A DNA stretch of 63,780 nucleotides, filler included, from Octopus bimaculoides (lineage: Eukaryota), in assembly GCF_001194135.2 (NCBI RefSeq). It is 5 parts of 4 records of this genome, joined end to end, with 100 filler letters (N's around TTAATTAATTAA, not from the genome) between each part and the next. Parts side by side here need not be neighbours in the genome. Positions count along the whole stretch, not along the records: positions 37,872 to 61,114 come from NC_068983.1; positions 61,215 to 63,780 come from NC_068994.1; 3 more parts are not named here. One strand, given 5' to 3'. The notes under the pieces were generated by a model. The model did no database searches and was not told the origin of the DNA. It worked only from the letters and a program-made list of their open reading frames with translations. The position numbers and the translations under genes are program-made. Shown here piece by piece: positions 49,681 to 61,730 of the stretch; the first letter of the stretch is position 1, and every line of letters begins with the position of its first letter.

Positions 49681-50358
49681 GTAAATATATGTATATGTGT
49701 ATATCTATTTGNNNNNNNNNNNNNNNNNNNNNNNNNNNNNNNNNNNNNNNNNNNNNNNNNNNNNNNNNNNNNNNNNNNNNNNNNNNNNNNNNNNNNNNNN
49801 NNNNNNNNNNNNNNNNNNNNNNNNNNNNNNNNNNNNNNNNNNNNNNNNNNNNNNNNNNNNNNNNNNNNNNNNNNNNNNNNNNNNNNNNNNNNNNNNNNNN
49901 NNNNNNNNNNNNNNNNNNNNNNNNNNNNNNNNNNNNNNNNNNNNNNNNNNNNNNNNNNNNNNNNNNNNNNNNNNNNNNNNNNNNNNNNNNNNNNNNNNNN
50001 NNNNNNNNNNNNNNNNNNNNNNNNNNNNNNNNNNNNNNNNNNNNNNNNNNNNNNNNNNNNNNNNNNNNNNNNNNNNNNNNNNNNNNNNNNNNNNNNNNNN
50101 NNNNNNNNNNNNNNNNNNNNNNNNNNNNNNNNNNNNNNNNNNNNNNNNNNNNNNNNNNNNNNNNNNNNNNNNNNNNNNNNNNNNNNNNNNNNNNNNNNNN
50201 NNNNNNNNNNNNNNNNNNNNNNNNNNNNNNNNNNNNNNNNNNNNNNNNNNNNNNNNNNNNNNNNNNNNNNNNNNNNNNNNNNNNNNNNNNNNNNNNNNNN
50301 NNNNNNNNNNNNNNNNNNNNNNNNNNNNNNNNNNNNNNNNNNNNNNNNNNNNNNNNNT

Positions 50359-50390
50359 TTCGAGCCTACGCTCTTCAACAGAACGGAATA
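50359..50390 (-). ncRNA. Partial minimal hammerhead-like motif, cut by N gap
   Basis: The minus strand reads CTGTTGA-A-GAGC-GTAG-GCTC-GAA; a decayed copy is at 1716-1756 (+). Confidence 0.4.
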
Positions 50391-50460
50391 CAGAAATAAA
50401 TAAGGAGAGAAACAAGGAGAGAAAAAAATATGTGTAGTGATCAGCGATCTATCATGGCGA

Positions 50461-50548
<88 letters not shown>

Positions 50549-50894
50549 GACAGAGACACAGAGAGACAGAGAGAGAATAATAAGGAAAAGGGAAAACCTT
50601 TGTTGCAGCGCACCTAATTGGTGCTTAATGCGAGCAAAATACAACAAAAAACAAAGTGAATGACAGATTTTCATACGTCAAGTTCCTTTACATAAAAAAA
50701 ATCATCGAGATGTTAAGTTTCAAGTGTTCCAATATTACAATTCGAAGGAAAGCAGTATTACAAAATCTTACGAAGGAGAGGAGAGGAAGAGAGGGAGACG
50801 AGAAGAAGAGAAATGCACGTACACGCAGATATATTCAGTCAAACGCACAGATAGATAGATACATAGATAGATAGGTGAATAGATACATAGATGA

Positions 50895-50957
<63 letters not shown>

Positions 50958-51999
50958 TATGTTGTTTATGTTCATATACGTCTTTGTTCGCCTTTGGGTG
51001 TGTATGAGAACTTTACCCATTGTGAATATTTAAACATCGGAACGCTATTGAAACATAACTTGATATTCAAAAATAGTGTATCCTACATTTGACTTGAAAG
51101 CTGTTCATGCCTTTGTTGTGTGTGTGTGTTTTGTTTTTTTTTTTTGTTTTTTTTTAATTTAAATAGGTGCGCTTTGTAATGGCTAATACAATTTCACTCA
51201 TGCTTTAAGAATAATTTCAATAGGACTCTGTGTTACTCTTTGGCAAAATGACACACCTAGTATGCAACGTACTTAGATCTCTTTGTTGCAAAGAAAAAAA
51301 AAATGTCACAGGTCAATTGTGAATATTACATAAATATATGGAGTTTAATGCAAATCATTAAAAATGCTTCCACGCCATTTGTAAATTTGGGTTAATACAC
51401 CCCACCTATAAGTTTCAAATTCGCAGACAAGTATACTCATATTATAACATTCAGGGAGATTCTGTGTGTTAGTTTGTGACAAGGTTGACACTCAAAACAA
51501 AGATAAACTCCATCCGACATATTTTCGCATTTTTTCAGCCATTGAATATCATTCTGATATCTTGGGTCAACTACCGTAAAATAAGTCCAAGATACATGCA
51601 TCAAATGCGGGACGTCGTAATTGCAACCATGCATTTACACACACACATACACTCACACCACACACACATACACTCACACATACACACACACACACAGAGG
51701 CACGTACGCACACACAATCACTCGTTCACTCACTCACATTTTCACATGCTCAGAAACACATATAAGTCTATAGGCTTATATGTGTTATTCGTACAGATTC
51801 TGAACTATATTTACAGAGAATTTAATTCATACAAATTTTCCATTCTCACATCAGTACCAAGGTATAATATTTCCGTTGATGTACGTGTAATATCTTGTGC
51901 GTTTACTCATTATTCTTTCTGTTTTACCATTCATAAAATATCTAGTATACTTAAGTCTTCTTACTGTTTTTTTATCTTTTTCTTCTTTCACCATTATTA

Positions 52000-52530
52000 A
52001 CTCTTGTAAACTTCACAACACGGTTTCGAAAATACTCACCAAAATGTCTAATTAGAATGAAGCAAGCAGAAAATATGAATGAAACCAGCTCACATCGTGA
52101 ACAAATCACAGTAAAAAAGTAAAGAATATTACTAGACTTAATGACTGGGAACGTATGGAAGCCCATCGTTTCTATTCTCTTGAACGCTGAAAGGAGAGAT
52201 ATACTAACATATGCATATGGAAAATCTTGCAGAGGTATGTTCCAAATGTCAGCATTATAGAGATATTTAATGTACGAACTGGTAGATACTGTTAGCTTCC
52301 AAATATAACACTTTTGAAATCACGAAAGAAAAGACTCTATTGTATGAGTCAAATATTTAGAAGTCCTCAACTGTTTCAACTGCTTAGCTAAAGAAATCTG
52401 AAGTATAAAAGGAACATTCAAAACAACATTGGATAAACTTCTAAAGACGATATCAGACCAGTCAAGTATTCAAAGATACACTCAGGGAAGATCAGCTGCT
52501 ACGGACTAAATCATAGACGTATTTCCTACC
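52000..52530 (+). pseudogene. Degenerate CR1-group LINE 3' fragment
   Basis: WERMEAHRFYSLER*KERY..ICIWKIL and PQLFNCLAKEI...FKTTLDKLL..ISD; same region as 38131-38721 but far more decayed. Confidence 0.7.
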
Positions 52531-53061
52531 ATAAAACGGCAATAAATGCGAAAAGAATAAAAAGTATAAAAGTCGTACAGAATTCGTATTTACGTTGATG
52601 GATTTACATGTGTTAATAATGATAAAGATGAACATTTATTTGTGAAGAAATGGATTTTATGCATACAATAAGAAAGAATAATGCTTAAACACACAAGCTG
52701 TAAAAGACATGGGTATGAAGTTAGAGATCATTGTAAGAGATGTGGGGAGATGGTTAGTTTGTAAAATTTATTCGACTTAAATTTGTGATATGCTATATCA
52801 CAGAGTTACAAAGATTACAGGGGTATTATTTCTATCATATTGTTTAACTCTAGAAAATATATTCTATTTAAGATGATACGGCATGGAGTTACCCGCCCAG
52901 GAAGTTTAGTTGCTCTACTCAAAGATTTTAATAGAAAACGTGAGAATGAAATCTTTACTTAAATAAATGAGAATATCCCAAAAATGTTGACTTCATAAAA
53001 CTTTTAAGTTTCAAATGGTTGCTTTCTTTCATACAGCAGATCTTGATCATCATTAGTCTTT

Positions 53062-53305
53062 CAGTACATGCCATCAAAATAACACTGGGGTACAAATATA
53101 CGAAGCCTAATATATCCATTATGACTACTCGTCTGATAAGGGTACACCAGGCACATGCAGCACAACCATATGTGCTCGACATAGTGATCTCATATCAAGA
53201 TAAACAGCGCATAACCTTGCAGGTGAGGCTCAGTTAGAATTTTCTTCAGATCAAGTAGTCCATCCTGCTCAAAAGGTCCCTGACTATGTTTAAGGATGAT
53301 AAACG
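53062..53305 (-). mobile_element. Family C copy, 3' part
   Basis: Reverse complement of 45820-46050 (TGATAAGGGTACACCAG, ATCTCATATCAAGATAAACAGCGCAT). Confidence 0.75.
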
Positions 53306-53314
53306 AAATAACAA

Positions 53315-55186
53315 TGTTTCCAGAGGAATACCATTTATTTCAGATGCGTATCATGCAAAACCCGGAGGGCTGAAATAGCGTCCATTAGTCATGTTGAGAA
53401 GGCCTTCAGAGATATTTTAATAAATGTGGCTCATATACAGAGAGGGAGGCAGTTTGCCAGCATTGAGGTCCTCTTTAAAAGCGATGATCTCGCGCGAAGA
53501 CACGCAGTGTCACCCTGGTGGACTGAAGAATGTGTCCTTTTTTCCACCTACCTCTCAAAGAGAACAATGAGATTTAGAGTAAATGGGGTACCACCGGGCG
53601 TAAGCGTCTTTTGGATTGTCACCTGACCGTTGTCCCTTGCTCCACTTCATGCCTGATAAAGTTGGAGCCCTTGCTCGTCCGCTTTCTATGGAAGGGACTC
53701 GTTTCCCCCGCCAGACTATCCATCTGTTGTCAACAGCCGCTGGGTGGAGGACTAGGCATGCTGTAGCTAATGATGCGCAGAGATGCGCTGAGGCTGCGAC
53801 ATCTCCAGCGTTTCTTTAACGGTGAGCAGGTGTGGTTGCCGTTAGTCAAGCGGGACTTTCTGCTGCTTGTCACATTGACGGTGCTACAGTCCTGGGTCAA
53901 CCGCAGACCAAGAAAGGGCACTTGGCACCTAGACAGTTGAGGTGAGGTTCGCCACTATAGAAGAGGCAACCAAGCATGCGACCAAAATTTTAAGAAGTGA
54001 AAACATAGCATTGCTACCAAGTTATAGAGGAAGAAGTGTGAAAATACGTATTCCCAGAGTTAGACCAGATATTAAACCAGAGTGGTTGGTTACAACAGTG
54101 CTGGCTGCAACCAAGGAGGAGCCGAAATTGGGACCAGTGGCGAAATCAAAAGTGTGTAAATGGTGGGGATTTGGACTCGAAATGTGGCTTTTTGCCACAT
54201 TCGAGGACATAAAAGAATTCCCTACCAGATAGAAGTGGAGGACGAGAAAACGTCAAATGTCGTAGTCGAGGGAAGAAAACCAAATTGTTATATATGCGGG
54301 GAGAGAGGTCATATGAAGACCAAATGTCCCCTATATGACTTCACACAGCCACAGCAAGAGAAAGCACAAGCAGCGGAGGAAAAAATTGTAGCCCACACTG
54401 AGGAAATAAAAGAGAGACAGAAGTGTGAAACAGAGAAAACAAAGGAGAAGAACGAAAATGGAGCTACTAACCCTAAAAAGCGAAGGAAAAATAAGTCANN
54501 NNNNNNNNAAAACAAAGGAGAAGAACGAAAATGGAGCTACTAACCCTAAAAAGCGAAGGAAAAATAAGTCAAAGGAACGGTCAACGGAAAACAAAAAAGA
54601 GATAAAAAAGCCAAAAGTTAATAATGTACAAGAGGAGGAGGAGAGAACGGATAAAGATGTGAAATACAAGGGGTTTTGATAAAGTACGAGAGTTGCGAGC
54701 ATATGGAGAGAAGGGTCGAGAGGTTGGGAGAAGTAATAAGAGTGAAAATGCCAGAGAAATGTACTGAAAGATGCATTTTGATATCTGAGGAAGGCTGCTG
54801 GGAGCGCATAGAAGAACTTGGTGAAATTATAATAACGAAACGGATATGGTTGGTGGAGACACCACCCCCTAGAACTGATTATTTGCAGTTGTTAAGGACG
54901 GACGTAACAATGATTAATGGAAGAAAGGTAACGCGAGTGTTTGAATTTTTTGAGTTACAAAACCGTTAAAATATTTACATGATGTTGAACGTAAAAGTGA
55001 AGAACTGGATAAATGTAACCACCTGACTTTGGGGATCGAGTGAACATTGCGCCTCATTTTTTCCATTCTTGCATATTATCATTTTATTTTAATTACCCCG
55101 ATTTTATGTTGACGTTTTGTACAGTCTTTATGTTTTGTGATGTCTTAAAAATTATTTGTATAGCCCTTTATGGGTAATAAAGAAAT
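53315..55186 (+). pseudogene. Scrambled Tx1/L1-like non-LTR retrotransposon
   Basis: ORF1-like piece 1 (RGRQFASIEVLF...GVPP); ORF2 post-RT piece in the frame from 53623 (LTVVPC...RFLWKG...GGLG...ALRLRHL); ORF1-like piece 2 with knuckle VEGRKPNCYICGERGHMKTKC; 3'UTR ending AATAAAGAAAT. No RT core or APE. Confidence 0.7.
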
Positions 55187-55354
55187 CGGTATTTCGTCCG
55201 TCTTTACGTTCTGAGTTCAAATTCCGCCGAGGTCGACCTTGCCTTTCATCCTTTCGGGGTCGATAAATTAAGTACCAGTTGCGTACTGGTTCGATCTAAT
55301 CGACTGGACCCCTCCCACAAAATTTCGTGCCTTGTGCCTAGAGTAGGAAAGAAT
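55187..55354 (+). mobile_element. SINE family B copy missing its first ~45 nt, abutting the Tx1-like tail
   Basis: Starts at CGGTATTTCGTCCG and ends GTGCCTAGAGTAGGAAAGAAT. Confidence 0.85.
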
Positions 55355-55495
55355 ATAACATTCATTTGTACCCAGGCACATATTTTACACAAAAGCGATT
55401 GATGTATGTGACAACACGGATGCATTGTATAGGGCTTTACGTCAATGGACATAGAAATTTTTTCTCATTTTCTTTTTCTCGCTTCCTCTTCCATT

Positions 55496-55544
<49 letters not shown>

Positions 55545-55895
55545 GAGTCTGTCTCTCTCTACCTTCACCCCCCCTTTTTCATTCTTATCTACCTGTGACT
55601 GCCTTCGTGTCTGATCATATTTTCTGATATCACGTCATTCAGGCAATCCTAAATTGTAAACAAACAAATTGCACGCATACAAAATCACTGGAATAGAAAT
55701 CGTGACCAGTAAACTTCACACTGTTATTAAATAAATGAATAAATAAATAAATAAATAGAAATATTCTCAAAATATATTATATTGCGCTGGGAAGAGTTAT
55801 TTTGTCTTGATGGCCTATATAACACATTAACCTGTTCGATTTCCGCTCATTTATTATTTATAATTTTTGTACCAAAACTTTTGTTGCTTTTCCAG

Positions 55896-55972
55896 CCTTG
55901 TCAATGGATGTTGACTCAGTCCGTTCTTGGAACTCCGTTCAAAGAATCTTGCAAACTAAATACAAAACTGAA
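55896..55972 (+). other. Weak candidate coding exon (77 nt)
   Basis: Strong acceptor TTTTGTTGCTTTTCCAG; frame xLSMDVDSVRSWNSVQRILQTKYKTE; donor GAA|GTAAAA is weak. No family recognised. Confidence 0.3.
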
Positions 55973-56019
55973 GTAAAAATATATTAGTTATTCATATATT
56001 CTTCGTACTAAACGTACAA

Positions 56020-56113
<94 letters not shown>

Positions 56114-56964
56114 GTGTGTAGGAAAGAATAAATAGAGTCAAAAGCATAAACGAGTACGATTCGACATATGTTTAATGACCACTAAAAATGTTTCGATACA
56201 TCATAGATCCACAGCATTTAAATTTAAATTAAGTAATGGTTTACCTGTATAATAGGACCTACTTGGATCTGCTCAGATGATATATAGGCGCTGTCTCTGT
56301 AAGTAAATGATTGATTTCGATGCTATCACATCCAACTGGGCTCCTTTGAATCAAGCAGACGATGACAGTTTCGAATCGTACTTCCTTTTGACTCTATTTA
56401 TTCTTCCTTTTTATTTTTCATACACGAGGGATTCCTGAGCTTAGACTTGGTAGTATACCATAATAGTGCCGGCTATCTAGTAATTCTAAGGGTGAACGAG
56501 CTCTATTTTGTACTCTAATACGTTCTTAACGGAATTCACCTCAACTATATATATANNNNNNNNNNNNNNNNNNNNNNNNNNNNNNNNNNNNNNNNNNNNN
56601 NNNNNNNNNNNNNNNNNNNNNNNNNNNNNNNNNNNNNNNNNNNNNNNNNNNNNNNNNNNNNNNNNNNNNNNNNNNNNNNNNNNNNNNNNNNNNNNNNNNN
56701 NNNNNNNNNNNNNNNNNNNNNNNNNNNNNNNNNNNNNNNNNNNNNNNNNNNNNNNNNNNNNNNNNNNNNNNNNNNNNNNNNNNNNNNNNNNNNNNNNNNN
56801 NNNNNNNNNNNNNNNNNNNNNNNNNNNNNNNNNNNNNNNNNNNNNNNNNNNNNNNNNNNNNNNNNNNNNNNNNNNNNNNNNNNNNNNNNNNNNNNNNNNN
56901 NNNNNNNNNNNNNNNNNNNNNNNNNNNNNNNNNNNNNNNNNNNNNNNNNNNNNNNNNNNNNNNN

Positions 56965-57035
<71 letters not shown>

Positions 57036-57078
57036 CATGTATGTATATAAGTATATATTAATATCATAATTATTATTA

Positions 57079-60000
57079 ATGGTAGTGTTAGTATTTACAC
57101 TCAGCAGGTTAGACTGTTCGAAAAGAACAAATCCTAACACCGACTTACAAGTAAGCTTAGATTCCAACAACCCTCCTAAATATCTTAGCTATCTCTAAGA
57201 ACTGTTTTCTGCAGCTGTACTAAACTGGGGTTTATGCCTATTTACTCTATACATCTCTTCGGATCTTTAGAGATATTTCCCAATGCACTTATAGCTACTG
57301 GGATACATTTTACCCGCACTTTCCCTAGTTTCTGTAATTAAATAGCTAGGCCCTGGTACTTTGCTTTTTTGTCTACACATCTCATATTCACTTTGTCATC
57401 ATTTGAGATTGTAAACTCAATTATCTGACACTTTCTATTCTCTTTATCAACTACTACTACTACTACTACTACCAAATCAAGCCTTCTAGCTTCTATTACT
57501 CTGTCAGCCTGAATGTTAAAATCCTGCAACATCATATATTTCTTCCTTTCTAGTAATTTACTGGGTTCATGTTTATGCCATTTACCAGTATGTTTAAATC
57601 GTAGCTTTCTACATAACTCTCAGTGGATTACTCTCACAATATTGTCATGTCTTTTTTCGTATTCTTTCTATGCCAGCATGCTACATTTACTTACTATATG
57701 AGTAGAGATTTCCACTTTTGATTTGCATAGCCTACATTGGGAATCTACTTGGTTTTTGCCTATTTTGGGTTTTATCCAATTAGTGTTTAATGCTTGATCT
57801 TATGCAGCTACTAACCAACCTTCCGTCTCCCTTTTCAGCTTTCCGTTCTGCAGCCATAACCATATCTCACTACTACTATTTGTTGAAACTATCTTTAGGA
57901 ATCTACCATGCAACGCCATCTCCTGCCAGACAGATGGATTGTGTTCTTTTTTCGGGTTTTAAAGTTCGTTTAGTGCCTTTCCTCCCCTATATTTTGCTGT
58001 AAATCTGGCATCTTTTAATAAACTTCCTTCACTATTACCTACATAGGAGTTTATATCTTCTCTAGCTAACTCCAAACAGTCATCTACTCATATGCCTTCA
58101 TTTCTAGGTAGGTGTAATCTTGTTACTCCTGCTTGGGTGGAGTCCTCCATTCATGTTGAATTCCTTCCTAATTATTCTGACAAGCTTTGCTAGTTCAGTT
58201 TTTGTCCAATCTACAAACGCTGCCGAGTATCTAAGTAATGATACCGTCCAATTATTTACAGCCTTCACTAGATTCGGACCATTTAACTTTGACCTCATTA
58301 AATTCCTCACCTTTCTGATGTACTCCTTCTCCATTTTCGTTTTCATTTCTGTAGCTAGATCTGTGTCAGATTCTAATACTCCTAGATACTTACAACTCTC
58401 TCCCCCTTTCAATGATTTTAATGTCTGATCAACTGGTAATTCGATGCCTTCGCTGTTTACTACCTATCCCCTTCTGATGACTAATATTTCACACTTATCT
58501 ATACCAAATGCCATGCCTATATATTTGCTGAAGAGTCTTACAGCGTGTATTAAGGAATCTGTCTCATTTTCGTTCTTCCTAAAATGCTTCAGATCATCTA
58601 TGCAGAGCAAATGGTTCATTTTTCTCTTACTATTTCTGAACTGATACCCTGCCATTGCCTTCCTTAATACTAAACTAAGGGAGATCAAACATAGGACAAA
58701 TATAAAAGGGAGCAACGAGTCCCTTGGAAAATTCCTCTTTTAATATTAACTTACACTAAGAATGTCACCTGAGTAGAGATCTACTTTATAGTTCTTCATA
58801 CTAAAGCTAATTAATTCCCTCATGTTCTCTGCTATACTGAATATACTCATACTTTCACTTATCCATGAGTGTGGGATCATGTCATAGGCTTTCCTATAAT
58901 TTATCCATGCTATTGTTAGATTTTTCTTCCTACATTTTACTTCATTTAGAACTGCCTTGTCTGTATATAAGAGATAATGCATTCCACTAGCCTTCTTCCT
59001 GCAGCCTTTCTGTCCTTCTGGTTGTCAAGGTGCCCATAAATGCTTTGTTAAAGTATGCCATTAAAAACTTCCACACAAATGGTAAGCCTGTGATTGGTTT
59101 ATAGTTGCTAGCTGTATTACCGTTGCACTTATCTTTCATAATGAATATTGTCCTCCCACTAGTCATCCAATCTGGTATTATTCGTCCATTAAGACAATCC
59201 GGAAGTTGTTCCGTCAGCCTCCTATGTAATCCACTGAATCTCTTTAGCCAGTACCCTTGAACTAAATCTGGCCCTGAGCCCTTCCGATTCGTCATTTTTC
59301 CTAATACTTTACTTATTAATGCACTAGCTAATCTTAGATATAGCTGCTTCTCAGTCATTACTTCTTCCCATACTTTCTTTAACTATACTGCATCTCCATT
59401 ATGATTGACTAGCTTATCCCAAATATTACTCTAAACTTTCTAACTTCCTCTGCATGTGGTTTCTCATCTTCACTACTTCGTTTTCCACTACTTATTTGTT
59501 TATAAAATCTCCTCTGGTCTGTCTCAAATAATCTATTCTGTTGATACTGATCTATTCTTTTCTGATATCTGGAAACCTACCTTCTACTGCTAGGTTTCGC
59601 CGTTTTAACACTTCTATTATTGTCCGAAATCCTTTCTCTTTGATTAAGTATCTTTCCACAAGGCATGATTTGCATCTTGTGTTTTCTAACTTGTTTGATT
59701 TCCAGGCTTCTATTCCACTCATTTCTTATCTTAACGTCTTCACTTTATTTTGTAGTCGCCTTTTCTACATTTTCAATTTTTTAAATATTTCGATGTGAGA
59801 TATCTATTCTTCTGGTGACTACTACCCCACCTGCAAGATCAATAAGTTAGTGTCTTCAATAGTTTTAGAATCTATCTTACTGATAATAGAGTCTACTTTC
59901 AAATTATTTCTCGAAGCTTCCTTCTGTTGTTATCTTTCAATACTGGCCATCTTTTACTTACTTCTTTACACATTATTTCCTGCAACTAATCTAAAATATT

Positions 60001-60905
60001 CTGATCTTCCTCACTTAAATCACTTTAGCCAATGGTTCCACTTCTTTTTCTTATGTGGTTGTTTGTCTTTCCCATTGCCTCGTCTTTCTTTTCCTGTTCT
60101 CTTGTGATGTCTACTACCACCAAATCTGTGATCCACTACTTTCTTCTCCTAATAGCATTACTATGATCAACTAATCTCAGCTCAGTCACTTTGAACATAC
60201 CCTTCTCTACCGAAAGAGTTAACATCTGTTTTCTAAAGCCCCTTCTTTTAGGTTCACTTCCTAAGTTGCACTGTATCACTATCTTCTTTTCTTCGCTGTC
60301 CACTTCATCCTCCTTGCTCTATTATCTGCTGATGCTGTATTAGGATGACAGCTGTTGTCTGTCTGTATCTGTACTGAAGTACTGCCGAGCGAGATGCCTT
60401 CCCTTAAGGGTCCAGCTTCATTTTCACTGTCACGACCAGAGTTTTCCGGAAACTCCTATCTCTCATAAACTGAGGTAAGGTAACGTTCATCACCCTCGTC
60501 ATCACTACTATCATTTCTCGACATCTGAACGTTTCAAGGAACTTTCTATATCATCATTTGTTGCACTTTTGTGCTGGTGGGGTGGAGTGTGCTGCATTTT
60601 TTAGCGGGGTAATATTGTATTGCATCAGTACGTTTTGTTATGTGGTTTTGTTTGAGTCTTCTGCTGTATTAGTTTTTTCACTATATGTTGTTTGTGTAGC
60701 GCATATTGTGTTCTTCTGCCAGATATCGTCCTTCTACCGCACATGCTGTGGGTTTGATTCAATTGTTTGGCTATTTACAGCATGAGTTTATTCTTGTATG
60801 TTTTTGGAGGAGTAGTAGTTTGTGTGTGTAACTCCTAAATCAACTATTTTATAGTATTTATGAATTATCTATCCGCTATTCTGTTGCATGGTTGTGTTAT
60901 GGTTA
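57079..60905 (-). pseudogene. Near full-length degenerate R4/Dong-clade retrotransposon (Myb-like, RT, CCHC, RLE)
   Basis: MKWTAKKR...SEPKRRGFRKQM...VTELRLVD (Myb-like); GPDLVQGY; NYKPIT; WINYRKAYDMIPH; IFQGDSL; HLLCIDDLK (YADD box); YLGVLE; CRLCKSKVEISTHIVSKC; DFNIQADRVIEARRLDL...K..KYQ. TAA remnants at both ends. Confidence 0.92.
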
Positions 60906-60934
60906 ATTATTATTATTATTTCTATTATTTTTAA

Positions 60935-61021
<87 letters not shown>
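60906..61021. repeat. (TAA)n/(ATT)n array
   Basis: Directly visible. Confidence 0.95.
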
Positions 61022-61114
61022 CACTTTCATTATCATCTTCTTTCAGTTCTGTTTCCTTTTCTTGCCGAGAGCCTTCCTGACACCTTGTACAGAAAAACGC
61101 ATTGTATACATGTG
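61022..61114 (-). mobile_element. 3'UTR end of an R4a-family element
   Basis: Reverse complement ATGTATACAATGCGTTTTTCTGTACAAGGTGTCAGGAAGGCTCTCGGCAAGAAAAGGAAACAGAACTGAAAG aligns with 17900-17970. Confidence 0.75.
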
Positions 61115-61339
61115 NNNNNNNNNNNNNNNNNNNNNNNNNNNNNNNNNNNNNNNNNNNNTTAATTAATTAANNNNNNNNNNNNNNNNNNNNNNNNNNNNNN
61201 NNNNNNNNNNNNNNAAAAAAAAAAAAAAAAAAAAAAAAGGCAATGGTGGTAGTAGAATAAAATGACTTGATATTTACCATTTGTTGAAGATTTTGTTGCT
61301 ATTTCTAACAGGATGGGCAACTACAGAGAACATGTAATG

Positions 61340-61730
61340 AAGGCAAGTTGTTGGCACTCCGTCGCTTACGACGTTGAGGGTTCCAGTTGATCCGATCAAC
61401 GGAACAGCCTGCTCGTGAAATTAACGTGCAAGTGGCTGAGCACTCCACAGACACGTGTACCCTAAACGTAGTACTCGGGGATATTCAGCGTGACACAGTG
61501 TGACAAGGCTGACCCTTTGAATTACAGGCACAACAGAAACAGGAAGAAAGAGTGAGAGAAAGTTGTGGTGAAAGAGTACAGCAGGGTTCACCACCATCCC
61601 CTGCCAGAGCATCATGGAGCTTTAGGTGTTTTCGCTCAATAAACACTCACAACGCCCGTTCTGGGAATTGAAACCGCGATCCTATGACCGCAAGTCCGCT
61701 GCCCTAACCACTGGGCCATTGTGCCTTCAC
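61340..61730 (-). mobile_element. tRNA(Arg)-like SINE, full length
   Basis: Head GGCACAATGGCCCAGTGGTTAGGGCAGCGGACTTGCGG...GGTTTCAATTCCC with A and B boxes, followed by a long non-tRNA body. Confidence 0.85.

Noticed and set aside
51437-51634. Minus-strand 65-aa ORF with Cys residues
   Set aside because: No recognisable domain or good splice donor, and it starts at a microsatellite edge.
54435-54571. ~63-bp direct duplication across a 10-N gap
   Set aside because: Most likely overlapping contig ends left unmerged.
61660-61730. tRNA-like heads here and at 18751, 44654 and 46937 as tRNA genes
   Set aside because: They continue into SINE bodies, occur as diverged copies and lack a clean acceptor stem and poly-T terminator.
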